A stretch of 64,000 bases of DNA, taken from assembly GCA_963924565.1 (NCBI GenBank), contig OZ004614.1, positions 8,308,001 through 8,372,000 on the forward strand, given 5' to 3'. Below are positions 14,701-29,700 of this stretch, piece after piece. Both the position numbers and the translations under genes were made by a program. Below the pieces are notes generated by a model. It did not search any database. It was not told the origin of the DNA and saw nothing but the letters and a program-made list of their open reading frames with translations. The stretch's first letter is position 1. Each line of letters begins with the position of its first letter. The stretch comes from Ascidiella aspersa. Taxonomy: Eukaryota.

Positions 14701-17700
14701 CGTTATAAACACGAAAAAATATTCAATCCATTTTTAAAATCACTATAGGTGACACATATTGCAGCGGGGTACATTTTACGTAACCTATATATAAATATTT
14801 ATACAGTGGAGTAAATATAAGTTACAAAAAGTTTCGGTTAAATTTTTGGAAAGAATATTGCATAATTTTAACACTGTACTAAAAACAGTTAAAGAGGCGT
14901 TAACCAATTTACCATGACAAGAGTTTTGTAACTAAAAATGACCGAACTTTTGAAATTGGTAATATGCTGCCAGGAAACAATGAAATTCAAGTCTTGGCAA
15001 CAGACAGTAGAAACTAAGCAAATTGTAGAGAATTAAAAATATAAATTCATTGTCGAATTCAGTAACAGCGACCATAGCAATTTCGCCCACCGCAATAGAC
15101 CTTGCACATGGAACAACGCAACAAGTCATTTGCGAATCGAGAAGAAATCCGAAACCACAAGTGGATTGGTTGAGGTTGGTTGTTTATATTACTTGTGGTA
15201 ACTTTATAGAACAATTGTGTTAATTTAACTCGGATCGATGTTACTAATCCTTGCTACCCTCCTGACTTTCTTGCAGTCGCTTTTTTGCTTATTTACATCT
15301 TATTATGTGATTCAAATCTTCACTTTACTAAAATGCTAGCCCTGTATATTCCAAGCGAAATGTATAACAAATTAAAGTGCTGTATACTTTACTGCTTATC
15401 TCTGCTTTAGAGGTGGTTTATCGGTTTCTACCGTTGCAACTCGTCACGTTTACCAATCCACATATTCAAGTGGATATTTCGTGAGGCGAACGCTGCACGT
15501 CAGAATTATGAATGTTCATGACGGTGGAAGCTACGTTTGTAAAGTTGCGGCAAACTCGGCTGGAGAACAACTAACAAAAACTTTAAGTATTACAGGTAAA
15601 GTGTGACAAAACTGGTATTGTATAACATTTCAAGAGATAGAAAACCGAAACGATAGTAATAAGCATATGGACTTTAAATACACCCACTATAATCGTAAAT
15701 TTCAAACACCGTCAAACACTAATCACCAATAAATACATTTTCAGTGCAACCAAACGTAACATTATCAACACCGAACGAAATTTTCGCAAGTTACGGCGAT
15801 AAATCGATCACATCCACCTGCACGAGTTATGGTTATCCCACACCCAATGTATATTGGAAGAGGTTTGTTCGTGATTTTTTACGACTTGGTTATCTTAAAA
15901 TTCAGAAAGTTTTATAAAAGGGCTGTGGCCCCAGAGACACATTTACGTAATGTAGTATTTACTGGCAGGGTACGTGACGCACAGCGACGTATTAGAACAC
16001 AAGTAATGAATAACGAAGTACTGCAAGAGTGGCCGTTATATACAGGCACAGCAATACGTCATAAAGGTCGCACACAACAATCCTAAACAACACAGTATTA
16101 TACAACAACTCTACATCTCCCTTTCTAGAATATTGAACGTTAAACTTATATAAGTTAAGCCGCTCGGGAGGCTTTACCAAACGACCAGAACGAGTATATA
16201 CAGGTTCACCAGGGATACATTATCACATTGTGAGGCAACAGTACACTCTTTACATGCGTTATCGTGATTTATCCAAGCATAAGTGCCTGGAGATAGAGAC
16301 GGCAAATCTCGACTGCGATGACGTTTATCGAAGTCTCGCTTTTGACGACGTTTTACTTGCTCGTCCGCGCTGCGAAACGAGTCTAGATAAGGCCATTGTG
16401 GCACCAGATGTTGTGGGAGTCCTGGCACCGTTGATCTCACTCTTCTCCCCATCGACAGCTCCGCTGGTGACCAACCACATTGCAACGGTGTTGCCCGGTA
16501 TGCCAGCAACGCTATAGAAGGGTCGCCCGATTTATGTAACAAGTTTTTCACCGTTTGAACCGCTCTCTCCCGCCTCTCCGTTGCTCTGCGGAAAATGTGG
16601 ACTGCTCGTCACATGGCGAAATCCAAAACTGTCCGCAAACTTTGCGAATGTCATCGATGAGAACTGAGGGCCGTTGTCGGACATAACCTCTTCTGGAATC
16701 CCATGTCTTGCGAAAATGGACTTTAAATGAATAATAAGGTTGTCCGACCCGATGTCTTTGTTTAGTAAACCCATTTCAATAAAACGGGAAAAGTAATCTA
16801 CGACAACCAAGTAATGTTTATTGTTAAAGTAAAATAAGTCACAGCCCACTTTCTGCCATGGATAATCGGGGAGTTTCGTTGGTATCATCATTTCCGGACT
16901 GCGGCTGCGTAACTGAGTACATATATGACACCTACTCACGAAAGATTCCACATCGGAGTTTAACCCCGGCCACCAAACGGCTGATTTGGCACGATTGCGA
17001 CATCATTTTGTAATCCCCTGGTGACCCACGTGAATGCTGGAAAGTACACTACCTCGTAGATCCTCCGGTACCACCAACCGATCTCCCTTCATCTAGAGTC
17101 ATCTGTGATAGGCAAGGAACAAGGTCATTAATAACTATATCTGGCCACTTACTTTGACAGTACTCGATAATTTTCAGGCATGTTGAATCGGTTTGAATGG
17201 CTCTACGAATTTCCTCGAGTATCTTGTCAGTGGCTGGCAAAAACTTTATAACAGCATCGACTTGAGCTTCCACCCAATTCATAAACTGCAACTCGTCTTC
17301 ATTCTGGCAAGAAACAGGTGATCGGGACAACGTATCCGGAGTTAATAGATTTTTACCTGCGACAAAAGTAATGGTAAAATCATACCACGCCAAATCTCAT
17401 TCGAAAACGCTGAATTCTCGGAGACAATTCGTCAAGATTTTTCTTCATAAATAAACTGATTAGAGGTTTATGGTCGGTTTCAATGCAGAATCTTAAGCCT
17501 ATTAGAAAATCTCTAAACTTTTCACATGCCCACGTTACCGCCAAAGCTTCTTTTTCTATCTGAGCATACCGTTGTTCAGTTGCATTTAGTGATCGCGAGG
17601 CATATGCTACAGGCTTCAAGTCGCCATCAACTTCTTGTCGAAGTACCGCACCCAGGCCGTAAGATGAAGCATCTGCAGATACAACAACTTTTAGACTTGG

Positions 17701-20700
17701 ATTATAATGCACTAATGTCGGTGTGGTAGTAAGCATATTCTTGATCTCGATGAAGGCATCTTCATGTATTTTCCCCATCTCCACTTCTGATCCTTTGTTA
17801 ACAGGTCTCTAAGTGGTTTCGTTACCTGCGACAATCGCGGAATAAACTTTGAGAGTTGAGTGGCCATACCAATAAATTATCTGACATTGGCTGTATTAGC
17901 CGGACGTGACATTTCTGTTATTGCTTTCACTTTATCGGGGTCACTTCGAATCCCTATTTTGTCAATTATGTAACCTAAAAACTTAATTTCGTTTTTTGAA
18001 AATTCACATTTATCGTTAAGTGTTACCCCACAATTACTTAACCTTTGTAAAACTTCGCGAAGACGTTTATCGTGTTCTTCTTGCCAACTTACCGAATACC
18101 AACACATCATCCATTTTGCACAGCACCCCATCCAAACCCTCAAGAATGGAAGTCATTTGTCGTTGAAGATGTTCTGGGCAGAACAAATCCCAAATGGAAG
18201 TCTGTTGAAGCAATAACGGCCACTATTGGCTATAAAAGTAGTTAATAATCTTGACTCTTTAAAAAGAGGAATTTGCCAAAACCCCGAATTTGCATCCAGT
18301 TTGCTAAATACCGCTGCGTTAGCCAGTCTTGCTAATGTTGCATCCACAGTTGGCAACCTATAATTTTCTCGACATACGCTTTGATTAAACTTTGTGTAAT
18401 ACGCACCTTTCCGTTATTTTTCCTCACAACAACCATTCCCGAACACCAGTCCGTTGGTTCCGTTACTTTAGAAATTACTCCCGTCTTGAGCATTTCAATC
18501 AATTCAGCTTCGACCGCATCTTTCAGCGGAATAGGAACCCTGCGGGGACTGGACAAACAAAATGGTTTCGCATCCGGTTTAAGTTTCACCCGATATTGCT
18601 CACCTAGTTGACCCAGCCCCGTAAATAACGATGGGAATAAATTGCGATACCTCTGCGTTGCATCAATCGCGTTTAAACATGACGTTAATCCCATTCTTTT
18701 AATAGCCGGCCAATCGTAATAAAGGCTGGTTGAAATTACGAAAAACATAGATTTTCTTCCGTAACAGAAACATCACTATGACATAAGGTGGCAATGAATC
18801 TACCTTCACTCGGTAAATCTTTTTTTGAGGACCACGCAGCGTCTAGTTCGGCGGAAGAAGTTTTACCTGTGGAATTCTCCTAAAATCTGCGTAGGAAATT
18901 ACTGACTCATCTGCGCCAGAGTCCAATCTACAATGTAATCGTAACCCATTACATGAAATCCAAGCCATTGGACTGGCGCAGTTTTCCCCGGATAAATGGC
19001 CAATGAAGGAATCTTTAGGTTTCATACAACTTAAAAGAGTGTTTACCTGCGAACCATTACATGCCCGCTTGTAGTGGCCGCGCCTTCCGCATTGAAAACA
19101 AAATGCATTTCTAGCGGGACACACGTGGTGAGCGCTTCTGTAATAATTAGCGCACGACGCACACTTTCTGCCTTTGGGGTCCCCGCTGGCGCGAGGCGTA
19201 TACTTTTGCATCGTGTCGATCTCCACCTGCTTTACCTGATGATCGTTGGACTGCAAGATTTTTTGTGGTTTCTTAACAAAATTTACGTTTCGAACCAGAT
19301 TTACTGCCTTAGTTAACGTTAGTTCTGCGTCAAGTTGTAGTCTTTCGGAAAGAGTTTTATCGCAAATACCCACTACTACTATGCGATCACGAATCATTTC
19401 ATCTTTGAGAACCCCGTAGTTGCATTTATCGACTTGTGAATACAATGAAGTTATAAAATCATCAACAGTCTGTCCGGTTTCTTGGCAAATGCGATTGAAA
19501 GTGACCCGTTCATAAATAACGTTAACTCGAACATTAAAGTACTCTTTAAACATATTAATAATCACATCTTAAGTCGAAGATTCATCTTCAGACAACGAAA
19601 ACGAGGACAATACGTCATCTCCCGTGTTTCCCAGTAAATAAAGAAACAAGTTCACCTGCTTTTTCTCCGATTTACTGCATAGATCCGACGCTTGTCGATA
19701 CCTTTCGAAGCGTCGCAGCCAATTGTCCCATCCTTCCGGTTGGTTAAAATTAAAAGCTTCCGGTGGTGCAATCTGGCTGTTGAAAGACATGTTATGCAGC
19801 TGAATCCACTTCTGACACCATGTAGTGTTTACTGGCAGGGTACGTCACACACAGCGACGTATTAGAACACAAGTAATGAATAACGAAGTACTGCAAGAGT
19901 GGCGGTTATATACAGGCACAGCAATACGTCATAAAGGTCGCACTCAACAATCCTATACAACACAGTATTATACAACAACTCTACACGTAATATTCTAAGC
20001 ATGTTCTGTTTGTTAATACAGCCCACGATTGTTAAGGTGATAGTTTGTCCGCCTTAATTGAAAAGCGGCGAGATGCGCCAAGACAGAAAAACGTGATATG
20101 CTCCCAGCGTTTATAGCGGCGGTTTCCCATTAAGTTTGTACGCCATTTTATTACGTGCTTGCTGGAATGCCAAGTTGAACAAATACTGCTAACATACGAG
20201 TCGTATATTTAACATACCTAATTTCAACAGGAAACCTACATCGATATCGTACAACAAGCCTTCCGGAAAATAATTTAATGGGGATTTAGGCCAAAGCGTA
20301 TTGACTTCTTACAGTATGTTTAGCCACACAAAATTTGGTCAGATTTTGTAAAATATGGCTAAAGAAGTTTCGCAAAATATTGCAGTAGTTTGAACAGTAC
20401 AAGCAGTTTTTATTTTCAAAGGAGATTTCGCTTACGTTTGGCGCAGTTTTGTAACGGGATTATGTATTGGCTGGTATATCACGCAAGTCTTGTAGGGGTA
20501 TGGGTCGGATTAATGAGTCTTCATTTATATAATTGCCAAGATGAATCGACCACACTCCTTCAAGATTTGAGATGGCCTGTCTTCGTGAGGCCAGATAGGT
20601 CCAATTCTTTCCTTTAGTTCAGATACATGAACAGTCAATTTTGCTGTCTTAGTAAAAGCTGTAATAGCCATTTTATATTGATTGAACACGCTATTTATAG

Positions 20701-23700
20701 ACGAGAATCAGTTAAGAAAATTTCTGCGAATAAAGAAAGATTTACGTCATTAATTCTTATAATACTTAACAAAATCTCAAGCCTTTTTCACACTTATTTC
20801 TGACGCGAAACATACAAATTTTAGTCAAAATGCGATTGCGAAACAGCTTCTGACTTCAGTTAAATGTCAACAGTTTGAAAATCACACGACCGGGGAAACC
20901 GATTAATGTTCAGACCGCGGTGTTTTGAAAACATATACAAAAACGGATGCAAATGCCTTGACGCATAAAAATTGGTGTCAGCAATTTGAATTTTTGCAAA
21001 TTCGCTGCGAGGACATCGCAAACATTAGAATGTGGTTGCAAGAAATCTATGTAACGGAATTTTACCGAAAACTTTCCGTTTATCGTTTGCACATTGGCTG
21101 CAAGAAGTAACGCAAACATTAAAAGGATTGCAAAGAATTTAGGCCATAGATTTTTACTGAAAATTTTCCGTTACGACACATCGATTAAAAACAAAAATTC
21201 TCTGTGTAAACACAATATGACGAAGTGGCTGCTATAGTCTAAACAATTGCTGCTACAACTTAATGTTTTACTTTTGTTTGTGATTTCAGATCGATAAATG
21301 CCGCTGGTTATCGTTACTGCAGAGATGTGTGACACCAACTGTTGTGTACTTTACTCGAGTATTTAGTTGTGGCATTCCAGAAAGAACACGTAATATTGCA
21401 AATTAGTTGGATGCAAATTGTCACCATCCTTTTAAATCATAGACTGTGACATGCGGCCAACTTTTATACCACGCCAGTCGATTTGATAGTCGTATTCTTA
21501 TAAATTCTATTCTTTTTGTGGTGGGGAACATTCAGTAAAACTATTAAAACATAATCAGCGGCAATCAGTTAAAAGGCGTATATTTGTCATTTCTGTTTTC
21601 CGATGTAGACTACATGTTCTCCGATCACCGCGAAATGCAAAAATAACATCTCATGTTTTAAAAATTCTATTTTACAAAACGTGTAACGCCACGTAGTGCA
21701 ACGTTTTAGCTTAATATTTAATAGAGATAAAGAGCCATCAGCGAGACAACCAGATGTAGAGCCTACATAGTTCCTTGAAAAATCGATTTATTTCAAACAA
21801 ATTATTGATTCTAGCTGTTAACGATAGGCCCACCACCTGCACCTAATAACTATACAGAGTTAAAAGGAACAAACCTAGCTAGCCTCGAAAAGAAACGAAC
21901 CTATAGCTCGAACTAAAACGGATGAACACTTCAAGTTGCGAATAAATATTACAAAATATTCTCAATTCCAAACCCAAGTTTATCAGTCACTAAAACAGCA
22001 CTATAAAAACGCTAGCCTAACAGAATTTGGAGGTATATGTGGGGGGTACGAGCTAGCAGAATAACTATACGAGCTAGCAGAATAACTGTGTGGCTACGGC
22101 TTACACCAGTCTTAGCAGCTACTTTAGTTGGCTATGCAATACCATTGTAACTGGCTGCCATCAAAACATTTATAAAACCACTTGTGTGCAATAATCCAGG
22201 TTGCCACATAAAATGCTTATGATGCAATATTTCAGTCGTATTACTTAATTGAAAATACTTGTAAAATGAAACAAAAAAAGTTAGTTTGTGCAGGATTGAA
22301 TCACCATAGAGCGACCCATTTTTCGATCCTGCGCGACCCATGGGTCGTGACCCGTACTTTGATAACCACTGATTTACGAGGTCAGTTCCAACTGTCACGC
22401 CCTGTGATTTGTATTACTTTAGAAGGAATAATGTGGTAGTTCCTTTCAACGAGAACCGTCACTTTTATCAAACGAATTCGACAGAAGTGACAAACTATAA
22501 ATCAACAGCAACTCTTCATATTCCAAAAGCAATGGTTGAAGTAGCAGGAAGGTACAATTGCACCGCTCATAATGGAGGAAAAGTGAAGTTTACAACTCTC
22601 AAACTGTTAAGTAAGAGACGCGTTGTTTATAACGTTCATGCACAATAATTTAGATAATACGACTTAAACCTATCAATACGCAACCTTGTGTATAAAACTA
22701 TCCCTTTTTACCTTTATTAGTTCGTGCCAACGTTTCTCTTTTCCAATCATCGCCATGGAAAGCTCCAGAATTCCCAGTTAATTTTTTTGTGGATTGCGTG
22801 TCTTATGGATGGAGCGCACCTACAGTTACCTGGAGCATGTAACTAAGATCAAGTAAAAAAAAAAACGTTTTAGCGAAAAATGTCAATTAATTTAATTCAT
22901 AGAAACGATCAAACCATCGGCTCTAATACGGCAGCCCAAGTATACCAAAGTACAACCATCATTACGCATAACAAACAGATCGGTCGTCTACAGTTTACTG
23001 CAGCAAGCATCGAACAAGTTGGAGTTTACAAATGCACAGCCAGCAACAACAATAACAAAGCTAATGCTGTTCAAACCACATTTCAACTTCAAGGTACATA
23101 ACATCTAACATTCTCCTTAAAACGTGTAAATGAGGAATGCCCACAATTTTCTTTACATATATTGTCAATTCGGCATAACATGAGTATGCTGATGAACATT
23201 CAATTTTTTTTTGTATTGCTACAAATTTTTCACAGTGGTTTAATATTTTAACTATACATATACGTAAAATTTAGTTTTTTTCTTGTGGCGTTAATGGAGG
23301 ACTGGAGCCGTTCAGTGTTGTTTTCTTTGGGCACAAAGAGAGAATTTTTTCTTGCGAAAGAGTTATGCCCTATTATGGAAAGTTTCAAATAATAATCATT
23401 TATTTGTGTCTAATACTTACGCAGGGGTGCGACCATTCAACACACACCAGGCATGTGTGGGTCGACTTAGTCTTGAAAACTTAAACGAAGTGAATATTTT
23501 CGTATTGGTAATATTAATATATTACATGAAAATATGCAAAGCCAAATACAGTACCAACAAATATAACAAATTTGTTATTTTTCTATGTTTAATTTTAAAT
23601 AAAATAAATTATGCAATACTAGTTAACTGGATATTCGAAGAAAAATCGCCTAATAGTCAGGCTTCGAAAAAGTACCCCAGCCCTAAATAGCTACACCATC

Positions 23701-26700
23701 ATATTTTTGCAGCCAAGGCCAACATATCACTTTCCGTCACAACTTCGTCCCTTATAGACGCACAACAAAAACAAATCAATTGCACATCGTATGGCTTCCC
23801 AATGCCAGATGTTTACTGGACAAAGTGAGTAATTTTTGTTATAATTTCGATGACGGCATTTATAATTTTACCACTAGGCCCCTTCTAAATAAAAACCTCT
23901 ATTAACAGTTAAATTTTTGACTTGTTTCCCAAGCCATTGTTTTGAAATACATTTTCAGTTTTTTAGTTTTACTGTTTATTTATCAGAATATCTTATATTA
24001 AATGAAACAAAAAAACGTTCTATTATTTCTTATTTATTTTACAGAGATTCAAAAAACGTGTCAAATCTCGGAGAAAAGATTGCACAGCAGAAAACAAAAA
24101 ATCAGGTGATCTACAAGACAGTGGCGATTCTAACATTTAAGGGACCCCATTCGCCTGCGGACGGTGGAAATTACGTTTGCCATGCAAGCAACAGAGTGGA
24201 AGACGGAGTATTAACCGCGGTTGATAAAACACTGACCGTTCAAGGTAAAATATCACAATTTTTTTTACAAACACGTCATGTAAAATTTCATCATTTCATG
24301 CTAGCCAAAGGAAATTAAAGGTAGCCACGAGTTAAATCAATTTTAGAAAACATTTAAGCTTCAACACTAAGCTTACACAAAATAGTAGTTTTATAGTTTA
24401 TCCAAAATTCATTGTGTACATTTTCTGTCCAGTTGGCCCAATATTCCTGAACGCGTCATTACCAGCTATAGAATTCAGCCAATCACAGTCGTTAAATTGC
24501 ACGTTTGCCGCCGACAATTCGACCACCTTTCACTGGAGCATCAACAACCAAAACGTCACAAGCGACAACTCGCCAACCTACGTCACCAACCACCGTCGAA
24601 ATCACATAGTGACGTCACAAATCAATATAAAGGCAGCCGCTATATTTGGTCCCAACGCAACTTGCAAGTGTTGGGCCGAAAATGTAGCAGGCGTTTCAAA
24701 GAATCGCACTATTATCATTAACAAAGGTAAGTGAATATCATAATTAAACATGTACGTAACAATATTAAAAATTATATATATTGACAGATATTACTTTCCA
24801 TGGTGTCCAATACTACAATTACAACAATGGACTACTTAACTACAATTCAGCCAGCAAGTACTGTTCAGATCACGGCGGGGAATTACCTAAGGCAGACTAT
24901 ATTAAAACCTTAAGTTTACCCGCCTCTTTTGAAAATGAAACGTGGGTGCAAGGCAAGTTACTCATAAAACAAAGTAGGCGATATTATCTACCTGGCATAT
25001 AACATATATTTTGTTGATTTACAAGCCAAAAGTTGAGTACCGTTAAATAAATTGTTGTGTTTTAATGTTTAAGGTGGAACGAATTCATGTTTAAAAGCTT
25101 CTGCAAGCAACTCCTACACAGCAAGTTGTTCCGAATCACACGCATTTATTTGCGTATTTCCAGGTAATTTTCTGTGTTTGTTTTTATTTAAAAAGAAAAA
25201 TCTTGTTTGAAACTTTCTTGTGACCTAGATCTGCAATTACTCGTTAATGTTAGTATTATTTTTATTGGAAAATGGACTGAGCCTTTCTGACAGTTCAGTA
25301 TATTCCAACAATAATTGTTAACTCTAGTGATTGAGATTTTGGAAGTAAGCAACTGCCACCCAGAAAGCATTGATGTGAAGTGGAAAGATCAAGCTAAGAT
25401 CCAAGGCAGTATTCCATACGTCATTGCTGCTCAGATGATCAGCTCCAATACTTTCCACAACAACACGAATGTCACTCAACATTCCTCCACTAATATGTAC
25501 ACAGCTACTATAAGAAATTTGGCCTCTGAACAAAACTACACAGTTGCGGTAAGTCAACTCTTTACGAATGGTAGTTATACGTTCAAATAGATATCGAAAT
25601 GTATTGAATATATTCCGCGCAGCTTTTTCTCCGGACTTTTGAAATACACAGTTTAATATTAAACAATATTTCCGCTTTGTTAAGTGAATGGAGTTTCCGA
25701 TTCTATTTTCAGCTGAATTTGTTTCCCGGCATTTCGCAACTTCCAGAACCTTCTACGGCGAACGGATCAACGTCCAATATTTTCCAGAGCGTCAGTGGAA
25801 GCATTTCTCTTGAAAGAGACCAATGTGTTGTTAAAATAAAACTTCCGGAAAGTGTATTGCTAAGTGTTGCGTCAGTCAAGGTTTGCCTATGTTTTGTATA
25901 AACATTCTATCATAATTTAACAGGCCTAAATACTACTATATTTTGTTAATAAAGTCTCACGTTATTTTTAATTTGTTTTATCAAAATGGTATGATATAAA
26001 TAAAAAAATTGTATAGTAAAATGGAGTGTTAATAAGCTAATTAACAATAACATATTTTATATTTAATATGCCTAGGTTTAATTCATACAAATATATACTA
26101 TGTGGATTTACAAAATGCTAGTTTCTATAAACTCTTTCGTAATGTTTTGAACAGTTGTTTATCGAAAGATCTAGCGGTGAAACAACCGAAAATGCTTCAG
26201 AAATATCCAAGTCTGCAGCGACCTTGGTAGAGCACAAGGTCAAGCTAAGCGACGGAGAGTCTCTCAAGGTCAAATATCAGCCGGTCACCGCTAAATGCAA
26301 AGCAACCAACTTGCCAGCAACTGGAACTTGTTCAAGAGGTATGTTTTTATTTTGAAATCAGTCTTTGTTGTATAGAAACAAATTTACATTAGTGATTGTT
26401 ATAACGTGTTTAATACTATATTCAATTTTTTTATTAAATAAATACATTAGATCGCTTTATTTAAATGTCACCATTGCGTTTAATACTAGCTTAAAGGCCG
26501 AACACGTTTATTATACAAATTTAAAACTACGGAGGAGTAGAACTCTGCCGACTAATTTCACCTGGTTTTTCACATTTAAATCATCGGTATAAGTTCCAAT
26601 GATTCACTTCTAGTAGTTTCAAGCAACTCACAAGTTAACCATTTAAAAGATAATTTCAGTTACCCTAGCGCATCTTTCATTGCAGCACCTGCTACTGTAA

Positions 26701-29700
26701 CGACAGCACCTCACTCCACGCCAAGCAACCCTGCACCAATTGTAGGAGGGACAGTCGGCTCGATTTTGATCGTCATTATTTTGCTGGGACTGGCCTTCTA
26801 TAACAGGTGAATATTATTGAAGTGACGCGAGCCTGTAAGTGGTCTGCTAGTAGGTCCACGTACAATTTCTTATTGTCTGATGAAAAATTATCAAATAAAA
26901 CTAACATGAGTTACTATTGGCAGGCCATTTTGAATAATAAAACATAACCTAGAACTGCAATTTGTTGTTACCAACTTAAATCCAACGTAAATAAATCAAT
27001 GAAAAGAAATATTGAAAATACCTGAATACTTAAGTTTCTGTAATTGTAAGCCAGTATATTAACTGTATTTTAATCAAGCAATGGAATGTTTTGTCAGAAG
27101 TGCATGTTATCTACCTATATCCTGAACACTGACGGCCTATAAATTAAATAAGGGGGAGGGGGACAAAACCTGGACCGTTTCACTAATTTTTGTGGCCGTT
27201 CACATGTTTAGGAAAAAACAAGTGTTGGCGGCCGTGCGTTGATGAAAACTCGTGTTTACCTAATATAGTTGCATGATTTCGCACGAGTTCGTTAGAGAAC
27301 ACATGTCTTTTTAAGGTTTAATTGTTTAATGACGTTACGGTGTGACTTAAGTTTCTAAAGCCATCTCTGATAAAAGTGCTACTGGCGGCCGTAAGATAAA
27401 TAAAGACTGTCGTCACCAGCTAAAAGGTTGTGCACACCTGAATACAGAATAAAACTTTGTTCGTTACAGAACCGCTCTTCATGGGTTTATTGCGAGAAGA
27501 AAGAAGCGATCCAGTCTTCTACCGCCCATCAGAGGTAACATAAAATGCACTTTTAATGACAATGACAACTCATATCTATATCAGTGTTAACGTTAACGGT
27601 ATAGAATCAGATTTATGCTTTAAAATCTAGGCTGATAATTTAGACTAAAGAAGTGCTGAAGGCATTTTACTTTTTCATGAGTTCTGGTCCAACCACATTT
27701 CATTGGCTCTCATCAATTTGTAGTCTAACTGCTTACGTTTTACAATAAAAACTAAAGAGTTTTTCGATAAAGATTTTATTTGGCATCGTTCAGCGAGAGA
27801 TGTCGGCCTCAACGCCGAAGAAAGTGAGGATGAGGAGAATCCTTACGGGAATGTCGATTTGAATCACGCACCGCAAAATGACGTCACTAGCATACCCATT
27901 GTCAGCCTCGAGGGGAATTACCTTGCCAGTGTGCAAGCAAACCACGCTGAGTGGAATCGGCAATTCGCTGTAAGTTTCGCTATCATACTACGCCCATGAA
28001 AGTAAAACATTTACAAGTTTTGCTGTATTATTATAAGGTATTTAAAAAAATTCAATTATTTTGCGAATGGCCTTTAATGGAAGTTTTAGACAACCTTGAA
28101 ATACTGGAATGATTTTCTACAGGACTGTGTTTATCATGAAATATTATTCTAACAGCTGATCAAAACGTCTACTGTCTCTCTTTTCACCACCGAAGTTGCA
28201 AAAAGAGAAGAAAATGCGAGCCGAAATCGATACAAGAACATCATTCCATGTATGCGTGTTGCTTTTGTTTAAAAAAACGGTATTAAATAACAACGTTTAA
28301 ATGATATTTTCAGACGACAACAACTATGTGCCTCTCCAGGGAACAACATACAATTATATAAATGCTTCGATTATTGAGGTGAGAAATGCGATACAAGAAC
28401 TTGTTCAAGTCAAAGTGAATATGTTTGAACATTGAAATTTATTTTATTTAGTTTTAAAACCACCCTGTTAATTATCACGGACAATTTTTTACCAAACAAA
28501 CACCCCGAAAAAAGTCGGATACATGGAAGTAATTAGATAATGTCTTGTAAATAAAAATCGATTTAAGACGGGGCTACGTGGCTATCAACGTACATTACAA
28601 ATAGGAAATTTTACATAAACTGTTGTATCTTAATTTCTGCTTATTTAGGGCTTTGATAAAACTCCAAAGTGGATTGCCACCCAGGGTCCGAATCATAACA
28701 CAATTGGTGATTTCTGGATGATGATATGGCAACAAAACTCCAGGGTTGTCGTTATGCTCGCTAATCTATTCGAAAAAGGAAAGGTAACTATGAATTACCA
28801 TAATTCCATTTGATTAGAAAAAAAGACTCGAAAAAAAATCAATTAGGGTTTACCACTGTTTAACTAAATGTGAATTCAATTATAAATTGTTACAGTGCAA
28901 GTGCAACCAGTACTGGCCAGAAAAGGGCAAAACTTTGACTCGTGGAAAGATCAACGTAAAAACCGAAGACGTCATCAACAAGGGCTGTTACGTCATCAGA
29001 AAAATGTCGGTCGAACAAGCGAATAACGAATATTCAACAGTAAGTCATTAACTTGTACTATGTAACTATTTCATGAGATATTTATGCTAACAACTCATTA
29101 TATAAGCATTTTTAATTTTCGTAACTTAACTTCCGTTATTCTTCTTCACAGGAGCTTCGAACGATCACCCAGTTCCACTTCACAGCTTGGCCTGACCATG
29201 GCGTCCCAGCCACAACCAGCGGATTGCTGCGACTTTACAATGACGTCAGCAAAATGATGCAAAACCTCGGAGAAAACCAACCAACAGTTGTACATTGCAG
29301 GTTAGACTGATGTTGTTTTTGGCATACACAATTAGTTGCCAAAGTTCTGCTTTACCCTCTTTACAGATATTACCCTCTTTACAGATATTAAATATACTAC
29401 ACCATTGTTTGCTAGGTTGAAATACTTCAGCTTATTAATAATTTACGTTTAAGCTAGGCAAAGCAAGAAAAAAAATTGCCCGTGGTGAGATTCGAACTTA
29501 CGATGCCAGGAACGTTGCTCTAACTACTGAGCTATGGTTGTTAGTAAAATAAGTCGTCAGTCAATTGTCTATCTATATTGGCTAACGTAACACGCAAGCA
29601 CCCATAACCTTCTAAGGCGATACAAAATCCTAACTGCCTTTAATTGTGAAGTTAGCCAATTAGTTTTTGTTGCTCTTCCAGTGCCGGAGCGGGAAGAACA

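Larger units (their letters stand above)
15951..19985 (-). mobile_element. Full-length, decayed Ty3/gypsy LTR retrotransposon, Mag-like
   Basis: 165-bp LTRs TGT...ACA at 15951-16115 and 19821-19985 (6 mismatches); 5-bp TSD CGTAA (15946-15950, 19986-19990); PBS TGGTGTCAGAAGTGGATTC complementary to the tRNA-Leu 3' end; PPT AGAAAGGGAGA; gag-PR-RT-RH-IN order. Confidence 0.96.

Noticed and set aside
16230-19316. Plus-strand ORFs within the retrotransposon
   Set aside because: Antisense shadows of gag-pol with no independent evidence.
27844-27930. ITAM/ITIM in the cytoplasmic juxtamembrane region (YGNV...YLAS)
   Set aside because: Spacing and +3 residues do not fit YxxL/I-x6-8-YxxL/I or I/V/LxYxxL/V.
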